From Clostridia bacterium (lineage in GTDB: Bacteria; Bacillota; Clostridia; Christensenellales; QALW01): DNA of 64,000 nt. Position 1 is the first letter of the stretch. Each line of letters begins with the position of its first letter. Positions 9,480 to 19,150 of the stretch are shown piece by piece. Under the pieces are notes generated by a model, which was not told the DNA's origin, did no database searches, and worked only from the letters and a program-made list of their open reading frames with translations. The position numbers and the translations under genes are program-made. The DNA lies in NCBI GenBank assembly GCA_045601365.1, contig JAZRZN010000096.1, positions 9,809-73,808 on the forward strand, given 5' to 3'.

Positions 9480-10037
9480 TCAAACACGGTCCATATACTC
9501 GCCGGTACGGGTATCTATTCTTATTCTGTCGCCTACATTGACGAACAACGGAACAGCTACTTTGTAACCGGTCTCGATGGTAGCCTGTTTTGTAACATTG
9601 GTAGCTGTATCGCCCTTAACGCCGGGCTCTGCGTCGATGATCTCAAATTCAACGAAGTTCGGAGCTTCTACCGAGAACGCGGCACCCTTGTAGAATTTGA
9701 TGGTAACGGTAAGGCTGTCCTTTAAGTAAGGAAGTGCCGAATCGACCTGATCCTTGTTGAGCGCGATCTGCTCATAGCTTTCGTTATCCATGAAATAATA
9801 AAGCTCTTCGTCGTTATAAAGATACTGCATCTCTTTGCGTTCGATATGAGCAAGAGGATACTTTTCATTGGGGTTGAAGGTACGCTCAAGCACCTGACCC
9901 GTCATAACGTTTTTGAGCTTGGTGCGCACGAACGCCGCACCCTTACCGGGCTTAACGTGAAGAAAGTCAACGATTATATATACGTTGCCGTCAATTTCCA
10001 CTGTAATGCCCTTTCTGAATTCACCTGCTGAAATCAT
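9480..10037 (-). CDS. efp: Elongation factor P
   Basis: 185 aa. N-terminus [15 protein letters not shown] loop ([17 protein letters not shown]), and the canonical length. Confidence 0.97.
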   Translation of the reverse strand: MISAGEFRKGITVEIDGNVYIIVDFLHVKPGKGAAFVRTKLKNVMTGQVLERTFNPNEKYPLAHIERKEMQYLYNDEELYYFMDNESYEQIALNKDQVDSALPYLKDSLTVTIKFYKGAAFSVEAPNFVEFEIIDAEPGVKGDTATNVTKQATIETGYKVAVPLFVNVGDRIRIDTRTGEYMDRV

Positions 10038-10061
10038 TTGAGATTCCTCCTAATAATATTA

Positions 10062-11090
10062 TTATAAAATAATCAATTTTTTATCCGAACGGGTCAGATT
10101 TTTCTTGCCCGTTCGGTTGATTTCGTACATATTTTCTATTCTTATGCCGCAAAAGCCTTCAATATATACGCCAGGCTCTACCGTAACTATGCTTCCGATA
10201 TCAAGCACGGCTTTGTTTCCCGGCGACAGTCTCGGTTCCTCATGTATCTGTATTCCGACACCGTGACCGAGTGAATGCGTAAAAAACTTATCAAGCTCAT
10301 ACTTTTTCAGGACCTCGCGTGCGGCAAAATCAACATCACCGCATATCGCATTCGGTTCAAGCATACTTGCCGATTCGTTGTGCGCTTCAAGCACTGCGGA
10401 ATAAATGCGCTTCATTTCATCGGAAATGTTGCCGACCGCAACGGTGCGCGTCATATCCGAATCATAATTATCAAGCCTTGCACCGAAATCAAGCGTTACA
10501 AAATCGCCGCTCTGTATCTTTCTGTCACCCGGTACTGCGTGCGGCTTTGCGCCGTTTTCGCCGGAAGCGACTATGGTATCGAATGCTATGCCGTCAGCGC
10601 CGAGGGAAAACATTATATATTCAAGCCTTGCTCTTATCTGTTTTTCCGTGACACCCGGCTTTATATATTCAAGTATCTCCGAAAACGCCTTGTCGGTTAT
10701 CGCCTGCGCCGCGGATATCTTATCGGCTTCCGCATCGGTTTTTAAGGCACGCAAAGAGGTGAATATCCCTTTTGTCGGTATAAGCTCAAAGCCCTTTGAA
10801 GAAAGGAACAAATAATCCTTTGCCGTGAGGGAATCCTCCTGAATGCCCAAAGCAGAAAAGCTTTTTGCTTCTTCTGCTATCGCCTCGATATACGAGCGGC
10901 ATATCACCGTGCGGCACGAAGCAACATGCGATGCAACTTCATAGCGACTGTCCGTGGCAAGCACGGGCTCGTCCGAATAAAGCAGAATACAATCTTCGCA
11001 GTAGAAGCCCGTAAGATAAAATATATCGGCGGGTTCGGTCACTACGAATGCCTGCGCCGACGGAAAACGTTCCGTAAGCTCGCGTATCAA
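10062..11090 (-). CDS. Xaa-Pro aminopeptidase / M24B family peptidase
   Basis: 342 aa. Metal-ligand context HSLGHGVGIQIHEEP and VEPGVY...IRIEN, with a creatinase-like N-domain. An efp-adjacent position is typical of Firmicutes. Confidence 0.85.
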   Translation of the reverse strand: MIRELTERFPSAQAFVVTEPADIFYLTGFYCEDCILLYSDEPVLATDSRYEVASHVASCRTVICRSYIEAIAEEAKSFSALGIQEDSLTAKDYLFLSSKGFELIPTKGIFTSLRALKTDAEADKISAAQAITDKAFSEILEYIKPGVTEKQIRARLEYIMFSLGADGIAFDTIVASGENGAKPHAVPGDRKIQSGDFVTLDFGARLDNYDSDMTRTVAVGNISDEMKRIYSAVLEAHNESASMLEPNAICGDVDFAAREVLKKYELDKFFTHSLGHGVGIQIHEEPRLSPGNKAVLDIGSIVTVEPGVYIEGFCGIRIENMYEINRTGKKNLTRSDKKLIIL

Positions 11091-11244
11091 TGCATGCTCC
11101 TTTATATTAACACAATTCTTCGAATTTGTATATCACTATTTTTATTTTGACGGTAACACGCAATAATTATATAACAAAATCGGCTTGTGCGCAAGCTTTT
11201 TTTGATAATGTTATCAACAAAACAAGGCAACAGTGAGCATTTTG

Positions 11245-11736
11245 CTAAAATTCTATACCCTTTAATTTTCCGAAAAGCTGCATGTTTTCGAAATTATTCT
11301 GCCGCAGAGCCTCATATAAAACTATTGCGACGCTGTTGCTCAGATTCAGCGACCGTGCGCCGTCTACCATCGGTATACGAATGCACGAATCAAGATTGGC
11401 TTCAAGCAACGGTTCGGGAAGTCCCTTTGTCTCCTTGCCGAAAACTATGAAGCAATTATCCGGAAATACTGCATCGGTATAAACATGTCCGCCCTTTGTA
11501 GTAGCATAAAAGAACGGTGCATCGGGGAATTTCGCCTTGACCTCAGCAAAGGAATCGTAATACGTTATATCGAGCAAATGCCAATAATCAAGTCCCGCAC
11601 GCTTGAGCTTTTTGTCGTCAAGCTCAAAGCCGAACGGGCGCACCATGTGAAGTGATGCTCCGCTTGCGGCGCAGGTACGGGCGATATTGCCTGCGTTTGC
11701 CGGTATTTCCGGCTCAACAAGAACTATGTTTATCAT
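11245..11736 (-). CDS. trmL: tRNA (cytidine/uridine-2'-O)-methyltransferase TrmL (SpoU/TrmH family)
   Basis: 163 aa. N-terminus VLVEPEIPANAGNIARTC and C-terminal SLNLSNSVAIVLYE match the TrmL pattern. Confidence 0.85.
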   Translation of the reverse strand: MINIVLVEPEIPANAGNIARTCAASGASLHMVRPFGFELDDKKLKRAGLDYWHLLDITYYDSFAEVKAKFPDAPFFYATTKGGHVYTDAVFPDNCFIVFGKETKGLPEPLLEANLDSCIRIPMVDGARSLNLSNSVAIVLYEALRQNNFENMQLFGKLKGIEF

Positions 11737-12911
11737 TATAAATTCTCCGTAAAATGCCTGATGCGCTTCAATGCCTCGGTGATATTCTTAAGTGAGGCGG
11801 CATACGAACAGCGCACAAAGCCTTCGCCGCTTACACCGAAAGCAGTGCCCGGCACAACGGCTACATGTTCTTTTTCAAGAAGCTTTTGTGCAAATTCCTC
11901 GCTCGAAAGCCCCGTGCTTTTGATGCATGGGAATATGTAGAACGCTCCCTTCGGCTCAAACGCCGTCAACCCTATATCGTTGAAACCGCGGTATATGACA
12001 CGCCGACGCATGTCGTAATCGTCGTGCATGTGCTTGACATCGGCAAAATCATCCGCAAAGCTTTTTTCAAGAGCCTCTGCCGCCGCCATCTGGCTCATCG
12101 TCGATGCGCACATAATAACATACTGATGTATCTTTTTCATTGCGGAAAGCGCCTCTTTATCGGCGCACACGAAGCCTGTACGCCAACCCGTCATCGCAAA
12201 GGATTTCGAAAAGCCGTTGATTACTACCGTGCGGTGACGCATATCGCCTATTGACGCTATGGAAACATGGGGCTTGCCGTATGTAAGCTCGGAATAGATC
12301 TCATCCGAAATAACTATCAGGTCATGTTTTTCAATGACCTTGGCTATCTCTTCAAGATGTTCTTTCAGCATTACCGCGCCGGTCGGGTTGTTCGGATACG
12401 GCAGAATGACAGCCTTCGTCCTTTCGGTTACGGCATTTTCCAGCTCCGCCGGCGTTATGCGGAAATCATTTTCCGCTTTTGTCGCCACCGGCACCGGCAC
12501 ACCGTGTACCATCGTGACGTTAGGCATGTATGAAACATAGCTCGGATCGGGGATTATCACCTCGTCGCCCGGGTCTATCAGCGCACGCATCGCAAGGTCT
12601 ATCGCCTCGGACGCGCCGACAGTCACGAGTATTTCCGAATCGGGATCGTAGCAGAGCGAAAAACGACGGCGCATGTATTCCGATATCGCCTTGCGCAGAC
12701 GCGGATGTCCCGCGTTCGATGTATATGCCGTTTCACCGTTGCGTATCGAATCTATCGCCGCCTGACGGATGTGCCACGGAGTAATAAAATCAGGCTCGCC
12801 TACGCCGAGCGAAACGGCATCCGGCATAGTTTGCACGATATCGAAGAATTTTCGTATTCCCGACGGCGGTATCGACTGTATATTGGGTGATATTTTATCG
12901 TTCCAATTCAC
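11736..12911 (-). CDS. Class I/II PLP-dependent aminotransferase (aspartate aminotransferase-like)
   Basis: 391 aa. NPTG motif (YPNNPTGAV) and PLP-lysine motif SKSFAMTGWRTG. Its stop overlaps the trmL start. Confidence 0.9.
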   Translation of the reverse strand: MNWNDKISPNIQSIPPSGIRKFFDIVQTMPDAVSLGVGEPDFITPWHIRQAAIDSIRNGETAYTSNAGHPRLRKAISEYMRRRFSLCYDPDSEILVTVGASEAIDLAMRALIDPGDEVIIPDPSYVSYMPNVTMVHGVPVPVATKAENDFRITPAELENAVTERTKAVILPYPNNPTGAVMLKEHLEEIAKVIEKHDLIVISDEIYSELTYGKPHVSIASIGDMRHRTVVINGFSKSFAMTGWRTGFVCADKEALSAMKKIHQYVIMCASTMSQMAAAEALEKSFADDFADVKHMHDDYDMRRRVIYRGFNDIGLTAFEPKGAFYIFPCIKSTGLSSEEFAQKLLEKEHVAVVPGTAFGVSGEGFVRCSYAASLKNITEALKRIRHFTENL

Positions 12912-13399
12912 AGTGATATCACCTGACGCTTATCGTCACTGTCGCCCATAAATACAGTACCGTTCTGTTTATAACGCTTAAGGATGAAATGCGTTGCACA
13001 GCTCAAAACATTATCAAGCACCGAAAGCTTTTCCGACACGAAGCCCGCTACGTCGCGTATATTTTTGCCCTCAACTATTACCATGAGATCAAATGCGCCG
13101 CTCATAAGATAACAGGACTGCACCTCGGGAAAAGAATATATAGTGCGTGCGATTGCATCGAAGCCACGGTCACGCTGAGGCGTTATCTTCACCTCGATAA
13201 GTGCGCTGACCTTGTCGTCGCCGAGCTTCTCGGTGTTGACTATCGCACCGTAGCCCATTATTATTCCCGATGCTTCCATTTCGGCTATGGCATCCGCCAC
13301 GGCCTGCTCGCTTATATCAAGCATTATGGCTATCGTCTTACAATCAAGCTTTGCGTCTTGGTGTAAAAGCTCAAGAATCTTTATGCTTTGCTCGTCCAT
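12908..13399 (-). CDS. Lrp/AsnC family transcriptional regulator
   Basis: 163 aa. N-terminal wHTH (ILELLHQDAKLDCKTIAIMLDISEQAV) plus a C-terminal AsnC-type domain. 4-nt overlap with the aminotransferase gene. Confidence 0.85.
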   Translation of the reverse strand: MDEQSIKILELLHQDAKLDCKTIAIMLDISEQAVADAIAEMEASGIIMGYGAIVNTEKLGDDKVSALIEVKITPQRDRGFDAIARTIYSFPEVQSCYLMSGAFDLMVIVEGKNIRDVAGFVSEKLSVLDNVLSCATHFILKRYKQNGTVFMGDSDDKRQVISL

Positions 13400-13405
13400 T
13401 TTTAT

Positions 13406-14005
13406 TTAACCTCCATGACCATCTGTGATATTTTGTTCATTTATTGCATTTATCGCATCAAGCTCTCCGCCGAACAGACAGTTGCGGAAATCAGCAGTCA
13501 TATATATATGTCCCGAAGCAGGTGATACTATTACCGTACAGCGCATCGAAACACGCTCATCGGTAGTCTTTACATGCTTCAGGAATATCGCGTTCCATTC
13601 GTTTTCAAGTCCGCGATCGGTAAACTCCTTGCTCTCGGCTTCGCATTTGGCAAGATATTCAGAATACTCCTTTATCGTCTCGCCGTATGCTTTGACAAGG
13701 CTCATCTGTTCGATCACCGTATCAACGTAAACAAGTCCGCTGTCGCTGTCCTTCTTCATGCTCCATATTTCATACGAAATATCCTTAAAAATGTAATCAT
13801 TTACATCGCAGTCGTCTATCTCTGCTTTGATGTCATCAGAAACCTGAACACACATCGCGTTCGCGGACGCATATTCACCTGCCGAAAGATACGCAAAATA
13901 TGATGCCACGGTGCTTCTGACACTTGCTTTTTCGCCGGATGACATACAGCCCGCAAGCAAAACGGCAAGCAATATCACCGACAGTGCGGATATCAGCTTT
14001 TTCAT
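13406..14005 (-). CDS. Hypothetical lipoprotein
   Basis: 199 aa. Signal peptide with lipobox LLAGC. ATGA overlap with the ddl stop. No recognisable family. Confidence 0.6.
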   Translation of the reverse strand: MKKLISALSVILLAVLLAGCMSSGEKASVRSTVASYFAYLSAGEYASANAMCVQVSDDIKAEIDDCDVNDYIFKDISYEIWSMKKDSDSGLVYVDTVIEQMSLVKAYGETIKEYSEYLAKCEAESKEFTDRGLENEWNAIFLKHVKTTDERVSMRCTVIVSPASGHIYMTADFRNCLFGGELDAINAINEQNITDGHGG

Positions 14006-15216
14006 ATTTTGCCTGCTTTTCCGAATCCGAATTTCCCTGCTTTTTGCGAATTCTGTGCAAATTTGGATATTATTTCGGAATCGAATGCAAAATTATTGGC
14101 TTTGCGCGTTTCATTAGCCTTTATTGCGTATTCAATTAGCCTGTCGATAAGCTTACCGTAAGGAATGCCGAGCGGCTCCCAAAGATAGAACGCAAATGAG
14201 CCGGGTATAGTATTTATTTCGTTCACATACAGCTCTTTCAGGTCGTGATCGCAGATATAATCAATGCGCACAACGCCCTTGCAATCCATGAGCTTGAATA
14301 TATCAACGGTCATTTGACGCACACGCTCCGTCATTTCATCCGGGATAGGCGCGGGAATACGGCGTGCAAGTGCTTCCATGCTTGCCTGATTCTTTCCGCC
14401 ATTGAGATATTTATCCGAAAAAGTAAGAAATTCATCGCTGTTATATGGCATCTCGCACACCGATGCGGTAACGTCATCGCCGAAGCCGAGCGCGGAGCAG
14501 TTTATTTCTTTAGGAGCGTCAAGTCCTTTTTCAACAAGGATCCTGTGATCGTATTCTACAGCCACATCAATGGCGTTTTCAAGCTCACGTCTGTCGTGAG
14601 CCTTTGAGATGCCGATACTTGAGCCTAAGTTTGATGGCTTCACGAACATCGGATAATCAAGTGCGGCTTCGCATTTATCAAGTATCGCATTTTTATCCTT
14701 TTGCCATGCTTCACGGTCAAAATATGTATACGGCAGGACCGGGAAACCCGCGCCGATATATGCCGCCTTCATAAGTATCTTATCCATGCCGGCGGATGAG
14801 CCGAGTACACCGCTGCTTGTATACGGAATACCCGCAAGTTCAAGAAGTCCCTGAAGCGAACCGTCCTCACCGTTCAGACCGTGCATTGCAATGATAGCCG
14901 CGTCGATGCGCGCGTAAACATTGCTTTCTTCCTTTTTGAACAAGCCTTTCTTTTCCGTGTTGAATCGGTAAAGCTGTTTTACGCGGGTATTTGCGGGAAT
15001 GTAGACACGTTCTATATCCTTATCGCTTTTGTCAAAATGCGAAAACGCTTCGATGCTTGCAAGCTTTTCTCCGCTGAACCAATCACCGTCGCGCGTGATG
15101 TAAACGGGAATGACATTGTACTTTTCCCTGTCTGTGTTTTGTATGAGCTGTTGCGCCGTGACTATCGAAACATCATGTTCAACGCTCTTTCCGCCGAAAA
15201 ATACGGCAATATTCAT
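14002..15216 (-). CDS. ddl: D-alanine--D-alanine ligase (long form with a basic C-terminal tail)
   Basis: 404 aa. N-terminus MNIAVFFGGKSVEHDVSI and ATP-grasp signature VNEINTIPGSF. Confidence 0.9.
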   Translation of the reverse strand: MNIAVFFGGKSVEHDVSIVTAQQLIQNTDREKYNVIPVYITRDGDWFSGEKLASIEAFSHFDKSDKDIERVYIPANTRVKQLYRFNTEKKGLFKKEESNVYARIDAAIIAMHGLNGEDGSLQGLLELAGIPYTSSGVLGSSAGMDKILMKAAYIGAGFPVLPYTYFDREAWQKDKNAILDKCEAALDYPMFVKPSNLGSSIGISKAHDRRELENAIDVAVEYDHRILVEKGLDAPKEINCSALGFGDDVTASVCEMPYNSDEFLTFSDKYLNGGKNQASMEALARRIPAPIPDEMTERVRQMTVDIFKLMDCKGVVRIDYICDHDLKELYVNEINTIPGSFAFYLWEPLGIPYGKLIDRLIEYAIKANETRKANNFAFDSEIISKFAQNSQKAGKFGFGKAGKI

Positions 15217-15249
15217 ATAAGCATCTCCTTTGCTGTGCAGTTTTCAAAA

Positions 15250-16719
15250 TCAGTAATTATCCGGCAGGTCGTTTTCAAACAATACTACGTCGCCGCCTAC
15301 GGAAATTTTTTGTAATAGTGCAGTCGCTTCGTCAAGTGAATCGACAACATGCACTTCTCCGCCAAAGTCTGCAAGCCCCTCAACTATCTTTTCGGTGCGC
15401 TTTTTCCCGACAAGTATCGCAATGTCAGCATTTGCCTTTATCTTTTCTCCGAGAGCAACATGATATCGGTCTTCATCCTTGCCAAGCTCCACAAATCCGG
15501 GCGTGACTATTATCCGCCTGCCCGTAAATGAACCCAACACATCAAGTGCCGCCGAAGCTCCGTTCGGGCTTGAATTGAAAGCATCGTCTATGACGGTGAC
15601 GGGCTTTTGCGAAACTATCTGCAAGCGATGCTCTATCGGTTGCAGCTTGGATATGCCGCGTGAGACCTCGTCAAGCGTAAGTCCCATTTCAAGCGCCATT
15701 GCCGCCGCAACGAGAATGTTTGAAATATTATGTTTTCCGAGCAACCGTGTAGTGCATTCGGCGCATTCCCCGTTTTTTGCAACGAGTGTGAATGCGCTTC
15801 CGCTGCAGCCGACGGAGATATTTTCCGCGCGCACCGCATCGTTTTCATTGAAACCCGCGGTAAGTTTAACACAGTCTGCTTTTTTGTACAGCTCAAGTAT
15901 ATGCTCATTCGTCGAAGCGAATACTGCCGTACCGCGTGGCGGCAATGCTTCGATAAGCTCGAATTTACCCTTTTTTACGCCCTCTATCGAACCGAAGGTT
16001 TCAAGATGCTGAGGACCTATTGAAGTTATTATGGCGTTGTCGGGATGCACGAAATCGCATATTTGTTTTATATCGCCTATGTGCCGCGAACCCATTTCGC
16101 AAATGAATACTTCGTCATCCGGCTGAAGCCGCTCACGTATCACGCGCACGACGCCCATCGTCGTGTTGTAGCTTGACGGCGGTGTAAGCACGGAATATTT
16201 TTCACTCAAAATCGTCGAAAGAATAAACTTTGTACTTGTCTTGCCGTAGCTTCCCGTTATCGCAACTATTTTCAGGTCTTTGCGCGCCTCAAGACGTTTT
16301 TTTGCATCGTGAACATACCAAGATGCTATCATTTTTTCTATCGGAGCGCACACAAAAGCGGCAACAAGCACCCAAACCGATGTTAGCAGCACCGACACTA
16401 TGCACAATGCCGACGACGGAAAATGCAGTACAGCGGTGAGCTGTTTTGAAAATATCAACGCAACGCACGTATCGAACAGCAGGGCAAGTATGCCGAATAC
16501 AACGTAAAGCCGTATCACGCGCGAGGTGAATTTCAGCGGTTTTTTAGCCTTTTGCGGTGAAAACAAAAGCTTCGGTGAACGTATATGTGCAAACAGATGA
16601 CGGTAATACTGCGAGATAAAATAGCCCTCAAGCTGAAGCATATGTATGTAGTATTTTCCCGCCAGCAGTGTGAGCGCGACGGAAGAAATTATAAGGCATA
16701 TCCTTGCGGTCAGAATCAT
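15250..16719 (-). CDS. murF: MurF-like Mur ligase with an N-terminal multi-pass membrane domain
   Basis: Mur ligase P-loop ITGSYGKTSTK with central and C-terminal Mur ligase regions. The first ~150 aa are hydrophobic segments. I prefer ATG 16719 (AAGGAG 8 nt upstream, 5 nt after the upstream stop) over the ORF-track start at 16917, which overlaps the hydrolase gene. Confidence 0.8.
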   Translation of the reverse strand: MILTARICLIISSVALTLLAGKYYIHMLQLEGYFISQYYRHLFAHIRSPKLLFSPQKAKKPLKFTSRVIRLYVVFGILALLFDTCVALIFSKQLTAVLHFPSSALCIVSVLLTSVWVLVAAFVCAPIEKMIASWYVHDAKKRLEARKDLKIVAITGSYGKTSTKFILSTILSEKYSVLTPPSSYNTTMGVVRVIRERLQPDDEVFICEMGSRHIGDIKQICDFVHPDNAIITSIGPQHLETFGSIEGVKKGKFELIEALPPRGTAVFASTNEHILELYKKADCVKLTAGFNENDAVRAENISVGCSGSAFTLVAKNGECAECTTRLLGKHNISNILVAAAMALEMGLTLDEVSRGISKLQPIEHRLQIVSQKPVTVIDDAFNSSPNGASAALDVLGSFTGRRIIVTPGFVELGKDEDRYHVALGEKIKANADIAILVGKKRTEKIVEGLADFGGEVHVVDSLDEATALLQKISVGGDVVLFENDLPDNY

Positions 16720-16724
16720 ATCGG

Positions 16725-17471
16725 TCACTCCTTGAAAAACGTCTTGGCTATCGCTACCGTGCGCGGAGCTTCCTCCAAAAACGCATAGTGTGTGCGCCCC
16801 ATATAAACTACCTTTGCGCAATCGGGTATTTCGCGTTCCATTATATCCGACATATACAGCGGCGTCGCGGTATCGTTTTCGCCCCAGACAAGGAAAACGG
16901 GACAGCTTATGCCGCATAACAAAGGTGTAAGATCCTCGTTTACGATATTTGAAAATGTGGCTTTCATTACAGGGGAAAGCTTTCTGTAATCCTCAGAGCC
17001 CTTGCCCTGTTGCCACGAATCAAGCTTTTTAGGCGCAAATGTCTTAATAAAAAACTTCGCAAGCTTGTATTTATATGTTTTTATGTAATAGCCGACTTTA
17101 CGTTCCGGGCGTATTCCCGCCGCGCCGCAAAGCAACATTTTATCGACAAGCGCAGGGTATTTCGATGCAAGTATTATCGCAAGCCTGCACCCGAACGAAT
17201 GTCCTATGATGCACACATGCTCAAGCTCAAGCTTTTCGATAAGCCCGCGCACAATAAGCGCGTAATCGTATACGGTCATCGGTTTTTCCGGCTCGGCGGT
17301 ATGACCGTGTCCCGGCATATCGGCAAGCGTTACGCAAAAGCTGTCGGACAGCGCATGTGCAAAGCGTTCAAGCAGGCTTATATCGTAGCCCCAGCCGTGC
17401 AGGATAAGCACGTCGCGTCCTTCACCGAACTGTTCGTAATTTATATCAAAACCGTTTATGCTTACAGTCAT
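16725..17471 (-). CDS. Alpha/beta hydrolase
   Basis: HG oxyanion motif (LILHGWG) and nucleophile elbow GHSFG. Start ATG 17471 has a GGAGG RBS and an ATGA overlap with the rimI stop. Confidence 0.8.
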   Translation of the reverse strand: MTVSINGFDINYEQFGEGRDVLILHGWGYDISLLERFAHALSDSFCVTLADMPGHGHTAEPEKPMTVYDYALIVRGLIEKLELEHVCIIGHSFGCRLAIILASKYPALVDKMLLCGAAGIRPERKVGYYIKTYKYKLAKFFIKTFAPKKLDSWQQGKGSEDYRKLSPVMKATFSNIVNEDLTPLLCGISCPVFLVWGENDTATPLYMSDIMEREIPDCAKVVYMGRTHYAFLEEAPRTVAIAKTFFKE

Positions 17472-17908
17472 AGCTCCTCCAGCCACATGATATATGCATC
17501 CTCACCGTCGGGATAAAATGACGGACGGACACCTGCATTTTTGAATCCCAACGACGTATAAAGACTTATCGCGGGCGCATTGCTTACCCGCACTTCAAGC
17601 GTCATCGCGCGGATGCCTTTTGATTTTGCGTGTGCGATAAGCTCGCACATCAGCATTTTTCCGTAACCCATTGAACGAAATCCGCTTCTGACGGCGATAT
17701 TCGTTATCTGTGCCTCATCCGCAACATGCCGGAAGCCGCCGTAAGCGATCACAGCACCGTCAGCCTCTATTACAGCATAATCCGCAAGCGGATTGGTTAT
17801 TTCACTTCTGTACGAAGTCTCCGACCACGGGAAAGCAAAGCTGTCGTTTTCTATTTCTACTATGTCCTTGAGAAAACGCTCCTCAAGCTTATGAATGCTT
17901 GTTTTCAT
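17468..17908 (-). CDS. rimI: Ribosomal-protein-alanine N-acetyltransferase (GNAT)
   Basis: GNAT acetyl-CoA motif RSMGYGKMLM. Position directly after tsaB is the conserved tsaE-tsaB-rimI order. Start taken at MKTSIHKLEE (17908). Confidence 0.8.
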   Translation of the reverse strand: MKTSIHKLEERFLKDIVEIENDSFAFPWSETSYRSEITNPLADYAVIEADGAVIAYGGFRHVADEAQITNIAVRSGFRSMGYGKMLMCELIAHAKSKGIRAMTLEVRVSNAPAISLYTSLGFKNAGVRPSFYPDGEDAYIMWLEEL

Positions 17909-18557
17909 ATTCTCTTTCCGCCTGCGGCTTGCGCAGATATATCGCATCAAGTGCTTCGGGCGTGATCGGCTCAGCGCTCTGCGCAAGATATGCCGCGCAC
18001 GATGCTCTTGTAAAATTATGCTGTGGCGGCGCGAATAATGCGTTATCGCCCATTATTTCAATAAGACGGTTTTTGAACGTCTTTACGCCGTCGCCCAAAA
18101 ACACGGTCTGTTTATCAAGCAAAAATCCTGCTATATCCTCGATCGGGCATGCATCATATTCGCGTATCAGCTTGCCGTTTTCATATACGGCGCTGTACAC
18201 CTGCCCGCGTCTTGCATCCATTATCGGGCAGACGTAACGCGCGAACGGTACATTCTCCTTTAAGCAATCAAGAGTGTTCACCGCAACGCATTTTTCAGAA
18301 AGTGCCTGTGCAAACCCTTTTACGGCGCACACGCCGATACGCACCCCGGTAAACGAGCCCGGACCGGCTACGCATGCAAACAGGTCTATGTCGGCTATAT
18401 CGAAGCCTGCCCCGCAAAGTGTGCTTTCGACAAGCGGCATGAGCGACTTGGAATGAACGAGGCCGTTCCTTTCGGTTTTTTCGCCCAATATCTCGCCGTC
18501 CGAAAGCAGGGCGCAGGAAGCATATACACTTGAAGTGTCTATTGCAAGAATATTCAT
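17889..18557 (-). CDS. tsaB: tRNA t6A biosynthesis protein TsaB
   Basis: 222 aa. N-terminus MNILAIDTSS and GPGSFTGVRIG motif. Confidence 0.88.
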   Translation of the reverse strand: MNILAIDTSSVYASCALLSDGEILGEKTERNGLVHSKSLMPLVESTLCGAGFDIADIDLFACVAGPGSFTGVRIGVCAVKGFAQALSEKCVAVNTLDCLKENVPFARYVCPIMDARRGQVYSAVYENGKLIREYDACPIEDIAGFLLDKQTVFLGDGVKTFKNRLIEIMGDNALFAPPQHNFTRASCAAYLAQSAEPITPEALDAIYLRKPQAEREYENKHS

Positions 18558-18997
18558 AACAGTTCCTTTGTAAGCAGACCGTTTTCATCGGTTATTTCGG
18601 CTCTGCGTGAATTTTCGCCCGTCTTTATCAGGCATACGTTCAACGTATGAGGCGGAAGTGAAGTCAGCCGTTCGCTCCATTCGACAGCGCATATGATGCT
18701 TTCATCATAGAAAAAATCATCAAAGCCCATCGAATAGCACTCATTCTCTGTGATGCGGTACAGGTCAAAATGGCACAGCTCTTTTTTGCCGAAATATTGG
18801 CACATCACCGTATACGTCGGGCTTGTCACACGTTCCTTTATGCCGAGCCCCTCCGCAAGTCCCTTAACGAATACGGTCTTACCGGCGCCGAGGTCTCCCG
18901 AAAGCGCAATGAATGCTCCGTTTTTTAAGTTTTCGGCGATTTTCGCGCCCAAAGCGAGCGTATCGGCTTCGCTCGATAAATCAAAACAGTATTTCAT
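18554..18997 (-). CDS. tsaE: tRNA t6A biosynthesis ATPase TsaE
   Basis: P-loop GDLGAGKT with a canonical N-terminus starting at MKYCFDLSSEADT. The ORF-track TTG at 19036 adds an unlikely extension. Confidence 0.85.
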   Translation of the reverse strand: MKYCFDLSSEADTLALGAKIAENLKNGAFIALSGDLGAGKTVFVKGLAEGLGIKERVTSPTYTVMCQYFGKKELCHFDLYRITENECYSMGFDDFFYDESIICAVEWSERLTSLPPHTLNVCLIKTGENSRRAEITDENGLLTKELL

Positions 18998-19069
18998 GCT
19001 GTATATTATATTATAAAATCGGATAATCCGCAACAAAAAAATTATTCAAAAAAAAGAAGCATAAAAACC

Positions 19070-19098
19070 TTGCATTTAGCATTTTGATATGTTACAAT
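19070..19098 (+). promoter_or_regulatory. Sigma-A-type promoter for the 19151 gene
   Basis: TTGCAT (19070-19075), 17-nt spacer, TACAAT (19093-19098). AAGAGG RBS precedes ATG 19151. Confidence 0.55.
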
Positions 19099-19150
19099 TA
19101 ACAGGACTTGAAAAGGTCAAAGAAAGGAATTTTTTAAGAGGTGATCAAAC

